NCBI GenBank assembly: GCA_030390025.1
Contig: CM059432.1
Coordinates: forward strand, 85,004,001 to 85,068,000
DNA: 64,000 bases
Reading direction: 5' to 3'
Origin: Squalus acanthias
Lineage: Eukaryota
A program made the position numbers and the translations under genes. Shown here piece by piece: positions 1 through 12,619 of the stretch. The notes under the pieces were generated by a model. That model did no database searches. It had not been told where the DNA came from and saw only the letters and a program-made list of their open reading frames with translations. Each line of letters opens with the position of its first letter. The stretch's first letter is position 1.

Positions 1-650
1 CTCACATTCACCATCATTTTCAAAAACCAGTGCAAAATATTTATTTAATATCTTTGTTGTACATTCATCTTCCACAACTAGGCTCCCTCCTGAATCCCTG
101 CATGGATCTACTCTCTCATTAAGTATTCTTTCTATATGCTTATAAACTCCTTTAATATTTCCTTTTATATTACTTGATGAACTTTTCATATTACCATTTA
201 GCCCATCCTAGCTCTCTTTTCACATCCTCATTGCACTTTCTAATTTCCCTATGAATTTCTTTACTATTGTTAGCCCTAATTTTATGATTAACTCTTTTAC
301 GTTTCAGTTTAGTTTTGATCACTATTTATTCGTAGAACTTTATTCTTTGAAGCATCTCCTTTTCACCGTATAGGAATATATTTATTATGCGCTCTATTAT
401 ATTTGAAGATTTCCTATTACTGATCTGTTGACCTATTTGCTAACATTTTTTTCCAGTTAATTTGGGCTAGATCCCTTTTCATCTCACTGAATGTTGCCTT
501 CTTTTAGTCCAGCACCCTGATCTTTGACTTTCCATTATCCTTTCTATTCTATTCTTTGAATTAACTATGTTGTCATTGCTATTTACCAATTATTCTTCTA
601 CTTTCAAATAAATTATTTGCCCCACTTCATTCCCCAGATAAATCAAAGAT
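1..650 (-). mobile_element. Old degenerate CR1 LINE ORF2 fragment (endonuclease/linker region)
   Basis: Minus strand near 560-650 reads as a decayed DLVLGNE..Q..VEE.LGNSDHN motif; T-rich plus strand like the other minus-strand CR1s here; many stops. Confidence 0.55.
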
Positions 651-724
651 AAATGAAAAATACCGTTGTATTTGTGTGAACTAAACTTGCTACAGAAAGT
701 TAAGTCTTGTCTGTTCCAGTCTAA

Positions 725-2164
725 GGGGGCGATTTTCCCAATGGAGGTGGGTTGGAGGCGGGTTTCGGTTTGGGTGAGTTCCTGTCAGGTGGGAAAAATT
801 TGCGATTTTCCCCTAATTGGCCAGTTGATTTCAGAGGTGTGGGTTCCCTGGGCCAATTAGTGTTTTGGGACTGAAACTCGCCTCTGCTGAAGTCACTTAT
901 CCAGCTTCATTTAAGGGCTGCTTGCTGCCTTGGCTCATTCCACTGGTTTTTGGTCGATGCTGCACCACTTCCAATCTGTTATCTCCTTGAAGAATGGCCA
1001 GCTCCAAGGCAAGGGCCACCCCGAGGTTCTCGGATGAGGCACTGGGTATGCTGGTTGAGGGGCGAGAGCTAGCAGGGAGGTGCTCTTCCCCTCATCTGGG
1101 AGGAAGAGGCCTCCCAAAGAAAACAAGGCTGTGTGGGGCCAGCTGGCAAGGGATATAACCTCCAGATCTGTGTGCAGATTGGGTGAATGTTTCTGTTTAT
1201 TGATGAAATGCCATCCCTGTGGGAATGTATTAAAATTAGGTGATGGCAAACTTTTGGCGTGATGGCATCTGTTATTTCGGCTTAGGCAGCTCCACATTGC
1301 GGGCTCCGCAACACTTGCGTGGTCAGGTTGGTGGTCAGAGTGAAAGGAGGCCAGAGAGTCATGTCCATTGTCTATCATGTGTTAAGAAGGAGCCAAGCAC
1401 ATGTGCCACAATGGGCAACCTATGCAAATCTGGCCAGGATGAGTGCATTCCTTGCACGACATGCTTCCATGCACTGGCGCCTTCTGCCCTGTGCAGCATC
1501 AGGTGGGTGAGCAGTAGGCTGGGGCTCCTGCTGCTGTTGCTGCTGAGCTGCCTGGTTCTGCTGCTGCCGTGGCTGCTCCTCATCCGACTCTGAGGTCCAT
1601 GGTGAAAGGAAATAAATGGTTCCCATGCTGCTGGCAGATACCTCTGTTGGGGAAGAGCTCAGTCCAAGCAGGGAGAGGGTCTTCCAAGGAGGTCCCACAG
1701 TTGAGAGATAGAAGCTGCAGCACCTCCGACTTTGGTAGGCCTGCTAAAAGTGCTGAAAGACCTTTGGAACAAAAGTTCTGCCACCTGTAACTGCTCCCTG
1801 ATGAAAGCTCCGTTTTAATGGTGGAGCTGCAGCTGTGAGGAGGCCACCCACTTGTCAACCCGCCAGGATTAGCTGGCGTGGTTTAGGAGGGTCATACAAC
1901 ACGCTGAAAATGTGGTAAAATAACGAAGGCCTGTCAAAATAGGATTATAGAGGTCCTTAACTACTATTTAAGGGTCTTAACTACCTCTCCTGACTGATGG
2001 AGGCGGGACCGAATCGCACCCATCAAACCCGCCTCCAGCAAAATTGCGCGGAGGTGGGTTACAGGCAGGTTGGAAGCGAGTTCTGAACCCACCCTCAGTT
2101 TTTGCCATTTTGCCAACTGTTCCGCCTCCTAACATGCCTCTTCGGGGCTGGGAAAATCGCCCCC
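725..2164. mobile_element. Non-autonomous PIF/Harbinger deletion derivative
   Basis: Perfect 16-bp TIR GGGGGCGATTTTCCCA; TAA TSD (722-724, 2165-2167); Myb/SANT remnant on + (VLFPSSGRKRPPKENKAVW); Q-rich transposase N-terminus on - (MGTIYFLSPWTSESDEEQPRQQQ). Confidence 0.9.
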
Positions 2165-2306
2165 TAAGTATCCTTTTCACAATCTGATAAATGTTAATTA
2201 CTGCCAAACAACTTCTCTGGCACTAAAAATTAACTATTATAAGTGTGGAGTCTCATTCCTTCAGCTTTTAATTATTGTTGGAGATTAATGTAAAATTAAA
2301 AAATAT

Positions 2307-3039
2307 GGGGGGGAAATTGAGTCGCACCCCCTTTGGGGCACTAACTTCGCTACTTTTAGCGCCCCAAATAAATTAGCACCCCCGCGGCCGAAATTCATCG
2401 GTAGCGCCCCAAGAGGGAAGCAGGGCGCTACTGGAAGCGCCCCACCTCCCTCTTGGGGCGCTGCGAGGGAATATCGCAGCGCGACGTGCCACGGTACTGC
2501 AGGCCTTCCTCCCCTTCTTAAAGGGGAGGGGCCTTGCGCAGCACGACCTGGGGCCCAGCTGGGCCACCAGGGATCGGAGTGCCGGCAAAAGAGCCCGGCA
2601 CTCAAGAGAAGTGCCGGGCTCACGGAGCACAGCTGGCACTCCGCGGGGGGGCTGAAAAGGAGGCCGGGGACGGCAGTGGGGGCAGGTGCTGGCAGGCATA
2701 CAGCAACAAAAATGGCCACCCGGCACCTCGCCTTTAATTAGCGCTGCCCCGGCCGCAGGTGGGCCCCCCTGACCCCGTTGGACATAGCATCCGGCACTAA
2801 GTCAGGGGACGCTACCGAAGATTGCGGCCGGGGCGCGAGCGGGGCGCTGCGCACGGCAATGACGTCATCGCTGGTGGCGCAGCACCGCGGGGCGCTAACG
2901 CTTACCGCTGCCGCTAGCCTCCCGCTGAATTTTGCGGGAGGCGTTGGCGGCACCGCGCCCAGGCGCTTGTTGCTTTGCGCCCCGTTAGCGCCCTCTTAGG
3001 CCGCTAATGAGAGATGCAAAGCAACCAAATTTTTCCCCC
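2307..3039. mobile_element. GC-rich Harbinger-type MITE (ends related to 44936-49165)
   Basis: Imperfect TIRs GGGGGGGAAATTGAGTCGC / GCAACCAAATTTTTCCCCC; TAT/TGT flanks; subterminal GGGGCGCT motifs shared with 30450, 51793 and 55019. Confidence 0.8.
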
Positions 3040-4606
3040 TGTGTATTTTTCCTTTCTGTCTCTTTTTACTCTCTCTCTTCAGCCAATCTTTCTTTCCTTC
3101 TCTTTATTTCTCTTTCTGTACCTGATGTGACATTGAATTCACCCACTTTAACTTCCACTTCCTTCTCAGTCCTTGCGCTGTTAATTTCACATTACTTCAA
3201 CCTGATTGGTTAGGGAGATATGCAATTGCTTACTCTGTTCACTCAGGTCCCAGATGCCCTGTTTCCCTCGCTGCAACGTTATCAGCTTACACAATCAGCA
3301 AATTGTCGCGCAAAAATTTTTAAAATCTACACGTGCAACAAATCTATTTTAGGATAATTAAATTCGCCCAATAATATTGCCCCATCGTTCTTGCATGTTT
3401 CTGAACTGTTTGCAGATCTCTCCCTCTATCTCACAAAGCTCTTCAAAGCCAATTAATTATTTTGAAATCTATTCACTGTTGTTATGTAGGCAAATGCAGC
3501 AACAAATTTGCACACCGCTAAGTCCCACAAACAGCAAAGTGACCAGTTAATCTGTTTTGCTAGTGTAGGTTGAGGGAGGAATGTTGGCAATGACAACATG
3601 AGAACTCCCTACTTTTCTACTTTGAATAGTGCCACAGAATCTTTTACATCTACCTAAATCTTGGATTAAAGATTCATCCAAAAGAGAGCACTTCTAGCAA
3701 TGTAATACTTCCTGACAATGAAGCACTGAAGGATGAGGCTCGATTGTGCGGGTGAATTTCTGCAGGTGTTCTCCTCATCTGACACAAATTTGGCAGAAAC
3801 CTCAGAAAAATGGCATAAGTGCTGTTTCTATCCTCATTTATTTTGATACTGCCAATGGGCCGCTTTATTCACATCAGAAATTCCTGGCTTGTTATATAAC
3901 TGACAATATAGCTTCTTGAAGTTTCGAAAATTAACACGTAGATTAGGAAAAAAAGAATTATTTACATTTTGAGAAAGTGGGTTTACAGTTTTTAAAACCC
4001 ACAAAGCCCTGGGATAAAAACATTAATTGCTGGCAAGAATCCTGATTGATATCTGAGCTGCATGTTATCCCTCTTTTATAACATTAGAGATACAATGCTG
4101 AGAATTAAGATCCAAAGTACATTGAATCCACAGCCAGAATCCACATTAATTAAGGCTATCAACTGATAGGGACAAGTATCATATGCTAACATAATATGTA
4201 ACTGCACTTAGCAGAAGTAATTCATGAAAGAGGCGACGGATGAGAAAAACAGCTGAGAATGTGGATAACATTTGTCTGCTCAGACATGCTGGTTCTGCTG
4301 CAAGGTCACAGCAGGTGATAAAACAGATATAAAAGGAAAACTTACATTTCCGGCTAACATGGAAAGTTATGCAAAGGTTGCCTAAATCTATTATAATCAC
4401 ATTATATAATAACAAAGCAATAGCTCCATTTTTTAATTTCTAGGAACAAGCAATATATTTAGACATTAAAAGGCAAGCCTCGTACCATCTGCTAGAACTA
4501 AATACGAGGAGATTAGTTTCCTGGTATGAAGTTCACCACAATTCTGTTCAGCATGCTGGTTCATCAGCCTAATGTTTAATTTAATTAGTGTTACTTTGGG
4601 GAAACT

Positions 4607-5777
4607 ATGGGAATTTTAATCTGGTGGTGGATCGGGAGCAGGGGGTTGGAAAGCAGTCGGGAAACCCGGGAGAACAAAGTTTCCCGCAGGCCCTGCCGAA
4701 TTTAATGATTAGCATTTCAAAGCACCGATTCTCGCCCGCAGCCAGGCAGATGGAGAGGATGACTGGCTGTGGGTGGGTACGCCTGCTGCACTAAACCGCA
4801 GAAAGAAGGGAAGGAGGGATCTGAGGGAGGGCGGTGGTCGGGGGCCGGAGGTGGATTGGGGCCAGGGGATCGGGGCTGGAGGAGCATCGGGGGAGGGGGA
4901 GGTGGATCGGGGCCAGGGGATCAGGGCCGGAGGAGGTGGATCGGGGCCAGGGGATCGGGGCTGGAGGAGCATCGCGGGAGGGGGAGGATCAGGGCCGGAG
5001 GAGGTGGATCGGGGCTAGGGAATCGGGGCTGGAGGAGCATCGGGGGAGGGGGAGGTGGATCGGGGCCAGGGGATCGTGGCTGGAGGAGCATCGGGGAGGG
5101 GAGGTGGAGGTGGATCGGGGCCAGGATATCGGGGCTGGAGGAGCATCAGGTGGTGGGGGGACAGTGGGAAGGATCGGGGCCAGAGGAGTATCGGGTGGTG
5201 GGGGGGTGCTGGTGGGGGGCCGGAGGAGCATCGGAGCTGGAAGGGGCAGGCCAGGAAGGTGATCGGAGGCCTCGGGGGAGGGGAGGCCATGGGGGAGACC
5301 GGCAGCCTCAGGGAGGAGAGGCCAGGGGGTAATCGGAGGCCTCGTGGCAGGTGGGGGGTGGGGGGGATCAGAGGCCTGGTGGAGGAGATCGGAGGCCTTG
5401 GGGGAGGGGAGGCCACGGGGGACATCGGAGGCCTCGTGGGGTGGGATCAGAGGCCTGGGGAGGAGATCGGAGGCCTCGGGGTCTCTGATCGTGGGGGGCA
5501 GGTGAGGCACTTACCTCCTGGGCCCAGCAGTCCTCGCCTTCCTTTAGCTGGCAGGTCCCCGTGGCCTGGGGAATCTGACCAACCCGAGTTAAATTTGTAA
5601 TGGTGGATCACCATGAGGCACACCAGCCTCATTATAATATTTAACTGGGCGACCCACCTCCTGGGAGCAGGTTGGCTGCTGACCCCTGTCCCGCCTCAGG
5701 GTCGGGGTTCAGTTTTTTAACTCTTTAACCTCCCGCCAGACCTCAAACCACCTGTTTTGGGGGTTAAAATTCCCCCC
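4607..5777. mobile_element. Harbinger-type MITE with internal GC-rich minisatellite
   Basis: Termini GGGAATTTTAA / TTAAAATTCCCCCC; the right end matches 6735-6945 in reverse complement; left boundary approximate. Confidence 0.7.
4835..5490. repeat. G-rich minisatellite (GGATCGGGGCCAGG / GGCTGGAGGAGCATCGG / GATCGGAGGCC units)
   Basis: Tandem imperfect units visible; they explain the Gly/Pro-rich ORFs in several frames. Confidence 0.9.
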
Positions 5778-5905
5778 GTGCATGGGATCTGGCAGATTTG
5801 TAAGTCAAACAAATGTTGCTGCAGCTTAAGTTGTATAAGTTTTCATTCTGCAAGGTGTAAAACTCATCCTTTTCTTTGTAAAATTCAATATAATTTAAAC
5901 ATGCT

Positions 5906-6039
5906 GGGGTAACTTTGACTTTGGGTGATAGTGTAAAAAGGGCCGATATCAGATGAAATTAAAGTTGGGAAAGATACATAATTGGTGGCTGAAGTGTCAT
6001 CGCCTGTTTTATAATATTGCCCAAAGTTAAAATTACCCC
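5906..6039. mobile_element. 134-bp palindromic mini-MITE
   Basis: About 40-bp imperfect inverted arms: GGGGTAACTTTGACTTTGGGTGATA vs reverse complement GGGGTAATTTTAACTTTGGGCAATA. Confidence 0.7.
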
Positions 6040-6391
6040 TCGATGTTTGGAGATTTATAATTTCCATCACTTGTTGGCTTAATAAACAAATATTTTGTAA
6101 CATCCAAAAATAATTAACAAATGATACTTTAACTATGAATGGGGGACAGTGGCACTGTGAATTAGCAAGTCATTCTTTTACCTGCTTTTGAATCCAGTCC
6201 AGCTTGTTAGTTTGAAAGTCTCCTCTCTTTGCAGATTATAAAGGCGCCAAATGAATTTGGTGTGAGAAGTACAAGGACCACAGCACAAAACAAACTATAA
6301 TTTAGCTCTAACTTTCTCTCAGACAGCCCATAAGGATGGCTGGAGTAGGAAGTGGGAAGATTCACATTGGTACAAGAAGAAGTGCTCTTTT

Positions 6392-6734
6392 GAACTTAAG
6401 AAAGTAAGAACATAAGAATTAAGAGCAGGAGTAGGCCATATGGCCCCTCGAGCTTGCTCCACCATTCAATAATATCATGGCTGATTATCGACCTCAACTT
6501 CACTTTCCCGCCCGATCTCCATATCCCTTGATTCCCCTAGAGTCAAAAAATCTATCTATCTCAGCCTTGAATATACTCAAAGACTCAGCATTCACAGCCC
6601 TCTGGGGCAGAGAATTCCAAAGATTCACAACCCTCTGAGTGAAGAAATTCCTCCTCATCTCAGTCTTAAATGACCGGCCCCTCATCCTGAGACTATGCCC
6701 CCTAGTTCTAGACTCTCCAGCCAGGGGAAACAAC
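6392..6734 (-). mobile_element. CR1 LINE 3' fragment, part 1 (continues at 15765-15820)
   Basis: FPLAGESRTRGHSLRMRGRSFKTEMRRNFFTQRVVNLWNSLP; AAGAACAT-type tail; joins LIETCKILRGLDRVEAER once 6735-15761 is removed. Confidence 0.9.
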
Positions 6735-7252
6735 AGGGGTAATTTTAACCTAAAAAAATGGGTGGTTTGGGGTCGTGGGGGTAGTTAAATTGTTAAAAAT
6801 GGGATTCCCAACTTGAATCCGACTCCAACCCACCCACTTACAGTTTTAATGGAGACGGGATGGGGGCGGGACGGCAGCGGGCGACCAACCTGCTCCCAGG
6901 AGCTGGGACGTCAATTTAAATATTATAATGAGGCTGGAAGCCTCTTTTTTACCCTCCATTTTGTTTTTAATTGCATGTGGATGGGTTTTACACACTTCGG
7001 CCACGATTTTCCCATCGGAGGCACATTGGAGTCGGGTTGAGTGGTCGGCGGCTTCCGGTCCCGCTGCCGGCTTCAGCCGCTCCCAAATCAGGATTTTAAT
7101 TTAACTGGGCTTATTAAGCCCGACGTGCGCTCTACCCGGCCCAATCAGTGGGTTCGAGTGTGCTGCTCGCCTCTGCTGACGTCTTCCATTCAGGAGCTTT
7201 TAAGGGGCCCATGTAGCCTTTGCATTTCAGTTGGTTTATGCTTCTCCTGAAA

Positions 7253-9142
7253 ATGGGTCCTGTAAAAATGACTGCTGCAAGATCGAAGGCTGCTCCTCGA
7301 TTTGATGATGACTCCCTCCATTCTCTTCTGGAGGGAGTAAGAGGGTGCAGGGATGTTCCTCAGAAGCCTCCTCAGCAGACTAAGGCAGCCTGGCTGCAAA
7401 TTGCTGAGGAAGTAAGCGCAAGGTCCTTGTGCTCACGCACCTGGGTGCAGTGCTGAAAAATGAACAATGATCTGCTATGCTCAGCAAAAGTGAATATCAC
7501 ATCACACTTACCTTCATTCTGCCTCCCATCTCTTCTCATCACCAGCACTCTGCATTGTCAACCTACTCCTCCACATCCTCCATTACTTCCCTTGCACCCT
7601 TACCTATCCCTCTCGCTCTATGGACAGAATCACTTCACCGTCCTACTATGCACCCCTCACACTCGCTCTCACTGTTATGCAATGACAACAACTAACAAGG
7701 CACAGGGAGGCATCTTGGTTTTGGCACCTCACTCCATCTTTGTCTCCCTCTCAGCTTCAATGTTGTGTAATCTTTACACTCACTCCATCAATCTCGCTGA
7801 AACTCCACTTGTGTCCCTCATTGCAGAAAAAGAGAGCCCACAATAAGAGGGAGAGAGCAAGGACAGGAGGAGGCCCACCATCACTCGCAACTTTAACAAA
7901 CGCTGAGGAGGCTGCTCTTGACATAGTCTGAGTTGCAGAGGAGCTGGAAGTGGGAGACGGAGAGCCGGGCACAGTACAGCAAGCTGGTGACAAAATAGAT
8001 TTGCAACCCTCTCATTTAGATTTCATGAGTGACTGAAATGGCATCTGATGTTCATACAGATTGAGTTCTGATCATCTTCACAATAGGATGTTTCTGGTAC
8101 CTAAATATCTCTAACTCATGCCTTTACTCCCACACAGGACCATCGAGAGCCCCCCTCCCCACTGTCCAGGAGGAAGAGCCGGACGACTCCTCAGAGGAAC
8201 CTGGAGCCTCTGAGGGAGCAGCGTCACCAGAAATCAGCACACCCAGCACCAGCGCAGAGATGCACACCTCGGTGGGTCTTTCGCGACATAGATTAGTGTT
8301 GTCACCTGGTGTATCACAGCTCACAAGTGAGCATCAGCAGATGGTGGAGACAGGGACAGCCATTGAGAGTCCTCGTCGGAGGTCACAGGACCCTCCTAAC
8401 TCTGCTCAGCTGCATGTAGACGCTGTGCCTCGGGGGCCATCCAGAAAGAGAACTTCAGCAACAAGTGCAGGAGTCTCTGACAGGGTTTGCAAACACTGTA
8501 ACTGCGAGTGTGCAGAGAATGGAGGAGTCCATCTCAAACATGAGCAATGCGGTGGTGCACTCAATGGCGAATGTAGGTGCCGCCGTGGAAAGAATGGCAA
8601 CCTCCATGGAGGACAAAAATTGCCAGACTCAAATGAACATGGTGACTCTTCTAAATAGATGGTCTGCTATGGAGGATAGATGGGCATCTATTGAGGAGAG
8701 GAACCAAAGGTACATGGACGTCCCCGTTGTGAGGACTGTCAGTACAGAGACGGGTCCTCATGGCCTCACTGATGTGCAGCAAGGTGCTCTCCAGCCACTT
8801 GCTAACAGTGAAGTGCAGGTGATCCACGAGAGGGATGTTGGTGGTCGACAACCAGGAAGTGTGGGCTCCTCTCCAAGCGCTCACACTCCCATGCCACTGC
8901 GGAGCCCTCGGTCAGAGCCCCAGATTCCTCACCCAACTGAGGTGGCCGTCTCAGCCCCTGTACAGCCACAGGAGGAGCAGACTGTTGTGGAGCCCTCCCA
9001 AGCTCCCAAACCCAGAGGACGCCCGCCAAAGGCGTCAAAGCAGGCGCAGCATCGAAGTGAGCAAGGTGCCTCTACATCTGCTGAAGCCACAGGGGAACAA
9101 CCACATAAAAGTACGCGTAAGAGAAATTTAACACACAAATAG
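7253..9142 (+). pseudogene. Harbinger Myb/SANT-like DNA-binding protein; 3 exons (about 7253-7489, 7827-7986, 8138-9142), disrupted
   Basis: APRFDDDSL..LLEGV...WLQIAEEVSARSLCSRTWVQC; exon 2 KRAHNKRERARTGGGPP; GT-AG junctions; in-frame stops. Confidence 0.85.
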
Positions 9143-9385
9143 TCACAAGGGTAGTCACTTGGGTGTTTTCATCTGATACAAATGTTTGTCATCGTTATTA
9201 TTAATGTATTAAAGAAAAGCGATGGCAAAGATTCAAAGAGTTCGCCTATGTGTGCTCAGAAATGCAAGTTGCACAGTGAGGAGTCAGGGCACCTTTCATC
9301 GGTAATGATGGTGGTGAGAGTGATAGAAAACCACAGTTTATTGCATAGATGCTGTATGGTGTGTTAAGAAGGTCGGCCAGACATT

Positions 9386-12300
9386 CATTTCCATGTGCCA
9401 GCCATATGTGGTTGAAGCGTCACATCACGCGAATCTGGCATGGATAAGTGCATCCCTTGCCTCACGGCCAGCAATGTGCTCGCGTGCTGGTGGAATTGGC
9501 ACATCCAAGGTGTCCCTCATCTGCCTCCTTCTCCTCCTCCACTTCCGAGGAGGCTGTGCACTGAGCCACTTGTTCCTCAAGCAGCGCTAAGCCATGCTGC
9601 TGTGCGAAGTTGTGCAGGGCACAGCAGATGACAATGATTCTGGAGACCATGGTTGGTGAGTACTGTAAGGCTCCACCAGATCTGTCAAGGCATCTGAATC
9701 GCATTTTGAGCAAGAGATGGTTTGCTCTATGATGCTTCTGGTGGAAATGTGGCTCACATTGTACCGCTCCTCAGCTTCGTTTGATGGCCTCCTCATAAGT
9801 GTCATTAGCCACGTCTTCAGGGGATAGCCCTTGTCTCCAAGTAGCCATCCAGAATGTTGTCTTGGCGGATTGAAGAGCTGAGGCACAGTAGACTGCCGCA
9901 GGATGAACAAGTCATGGCAATTGCCAGGGAACATGGCGCAAACAGGCATAATGTTCTTCCTGTGGTGACACAGCAGCTGAACGTTGAGAGAGTGGAAGCC
10001 CTTGCATTGACAAATACAGCTGGGTTGTGATGGGGTGCCATAATGGCCACATGTGTGCAGTCTACGACGCCCTGCAACCTTGGGAAGCCTGCCATATTTG
10101 CAAACGTACAGTTACACTTGCTTCATCTGTGGAGAAGTGGATAAACTTAAGAACATAAGAACATAAGAAACAGGAACAAGAGTAGGCCATTCGGCCCCTC
10201 GAGCCTGCTCCGCCATTCAATAAGATCATGGCTGATCTGATCTTGGCCTCAACTTCACTTCCCTGCCCGCTCCCCATAACCCTTGACTCCCTTACCTTTC
10301 AAAAATCTGTCTATCTCCACCTTGAATATATTCAATGACCCAGCCTCTCCAGCTCTCTGGGGAAGAGAATTCCAAAGATTCACGACCCTCTGAGAGAAGA
10401 AATTCCTCCTCATCTCCGTTTTAAATGGGCGACCCCTTATTCTGAAACTATGCCCCCAAGTTCTAGATTCCCCCAAGAGGGGAAACATCCTCTCTGCATC
10501 TACCTTGTCGAGCCCCCTCAGCATATATGTTTCAATAAGATCACCTCTCATTCTTCGAAACTCCAATGAGTATAGGCCCAACCTGCTCAACCTTTCTTCA
10601 TAAGACAACCCCTTCATCTCAGGAATCAACCTAGTGAACCTTCTCTGAACTGCCTCCAATGCAAATATATCCCTCCTTAAATAAGGAGACCAAAATTGTA
10701 TGCAGTACTCCAGGTGTGGTCTCACCAATACCCTGTACAGTTGTAGCAGGACTTCCCTACTTTTATACTCCATCCCCCTTGCAATAAAGGCCAACGATGC
10801 ATTTGCCTTCCTCATTACTTTCTGTATCTGCATGCTAACTTTTTGTGTTTCATGTACAAGGACCCCCAGATCCCTCTGTACTGCAGCATTTTGCAATCTC
10901 TCTCCATTTAAATAATAATTTGCTTTTTTTCCCTACCAAAGTGGATAACCTCACATTTTCCCACATTATACTCCATCTGTCAAATGTTTGCCCACCTATC
11001 TATATCCCTTTGCAGATTCTTTGTGCCCTCTTCACAACTTGTTTTCCCATCTATCTTTGTATCATCAGCAAATTTGGCTACATTACACTCGGTCCCTTCA
11101 TCCAAGTCATTAATATAGATTGTAAATAGTTGAGGCCCCAGCACTGATCCCTGTGGCACCCCACTAGTTACAGTTTGCCAACCGGAAAATTACCCATTTA
11201 TCATGACTCACTGTTTTCTGTTAGTTAGCCAATCCTCTATCCATGCTAATATATTACCCCCAACCCCGTGAGCTCTTATCTTGTGCAGTAACCTTTTATG
11301 TGGCACCTTATCGAATGCCTTCTGGAAATCCAAATACACTACATCTACTGGTTCCCCTTTATCCACCCTGCTCGTTACATCCTCAAAGATCTCCAGCAAA
11401 TTTGTCAAACATGATTTCCCTTTCATAAAACCATGCTGACACTGCTTGACAGTATTAGGATTTTCTAAATGTCCTGCTACTACTTCCTTAATAATGGACT
11501 TCAGCATTTTCCCAATGACAGATGTTAGGCTAACTGGTCTATAGTTTCCTGCTTTCTGTCTCCCTCCTTTCTTAAATAGGGGTGTTACATTTGCAGTTTC
11601 ACAATCCGCTGGGACCTCTCCAGAATCCAGGGAATTTTGGTAGATTGCAACTAATACATCCACTATCTCTGCAGCCACTTCTTTTAAGACCCTAGGATGC
11701 AGGCCATCAGGTCCAGGGAACTTGTCCACCTTTAAGCCCATTATTTTACCGAGTACTTTTTCTCGAGTGATAGTGATTGTTTTACGTTCCCCCTTCCCTA
11801 TAGCCCCTTGATTATCTATTATTGGGATGCTTTTAGTGTCTTCTACCGTGAAGACCGATACAAAATATTTGTTCAAAGTCTCTGCCTGTTTCCCATTATT
11901 CATTCTCCAGTCTCATCCTCTAAGAGACCAAAATTTACTTTAGCTACTCTCTTCCTTTTTATATACCTGTAGAAGCTCTTACTGTCTGTTTTTATATTTC
12001 TTGCTAGTTTACTCTCATAATCTATCTCTCTCTCTTTATTATTTTTTTAGTCATCCTTTGCTGGTTTCTAAAATTTTCCCAATTATCTGGCCTGCCACTA
12101 ATTGTGCGCCTTTGCAAAGAAGGCATCAGTAACCTGCGTGATGCAAGTGTGTGCGGCCGACTGGGAGATGCTGCTGATGTCTGCTGATGATCCCTGGAAG
12201 GACCCTGAAGCAAAGAAATTGAGTGCGGTGGTGACTTTAACAGCTACTGGTAAGGAGTGGCCACCCACTCCTCTGGGCTCCAGGTCTTGGTGCAGCATTG

Positions 12301-12589
12301 TGCAAATGTCAGCGACTACCTCTCGCGAAAATCTCAGCCTCCTTTGGCAGTGCTGCTCACTCATGTTGAGGAAGCTCATCCTCAGCCTGTAAACCCTGTG
12401 TTGGGGGTATCTCCTGCGGCAAAGTGCAACCCTGCGCTGACGGCCTCTGCCCTGGGCAGCATCAGGTGGGTGAGGAGAAGGTTGGCGCTCCTGTTGTTGC
12501 TGCAGCTGTTGTGGCTGGTTCTGCTGCTGCCGTAGCTGCTCTTCCTCCGATTCTGAGGACCAGGATGAGAGGGTATAAATGGTTCCCAT
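9386..12589 (-). pseudogene. Harbinger DDE transposase (HARBI1-like), frameshifted and split by a CR1
   Basis: [34 protein letters not shown] (D); LLGDKGYP (D); RSIIEQTI (E); RFRCLD; CCALHN. Confidence 0.9.
10146..12100 (-). mobile_element. 5'-truncated CR1 LINE (RT region) inserted in the transposase
   Basis: PGPDGLHPRVLKE, GNYRPVSLTS, YLDFQKAFDKVPH, RPHLEYC; AAGAACAT tail. Confidence 0.95.
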
Positions 12590-12619
12590 CCTGCTGGTAT
12601 ATATCTCAGTTGAATAACA

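Noticed and set aside
2168..3900. Possible older MITE remnants (2168-3370, 3750-3890); similar at 39650-39725 and 56565-58497
   Set aside because: TIR-like ends seen, but no convincing pair plus TSD
4769..5600. Long Gly/Arg/Pro-rich ORFs in several frames
   Set aside because: Products of a stop-poor GC minisatellite inside a MITE
9386..12589. Host HARBI1 or NAIF1/MSANTD genes
   Set aside because: Enclosed by TIRs and TSDs, multi-copy and disrupted, so transposon genes
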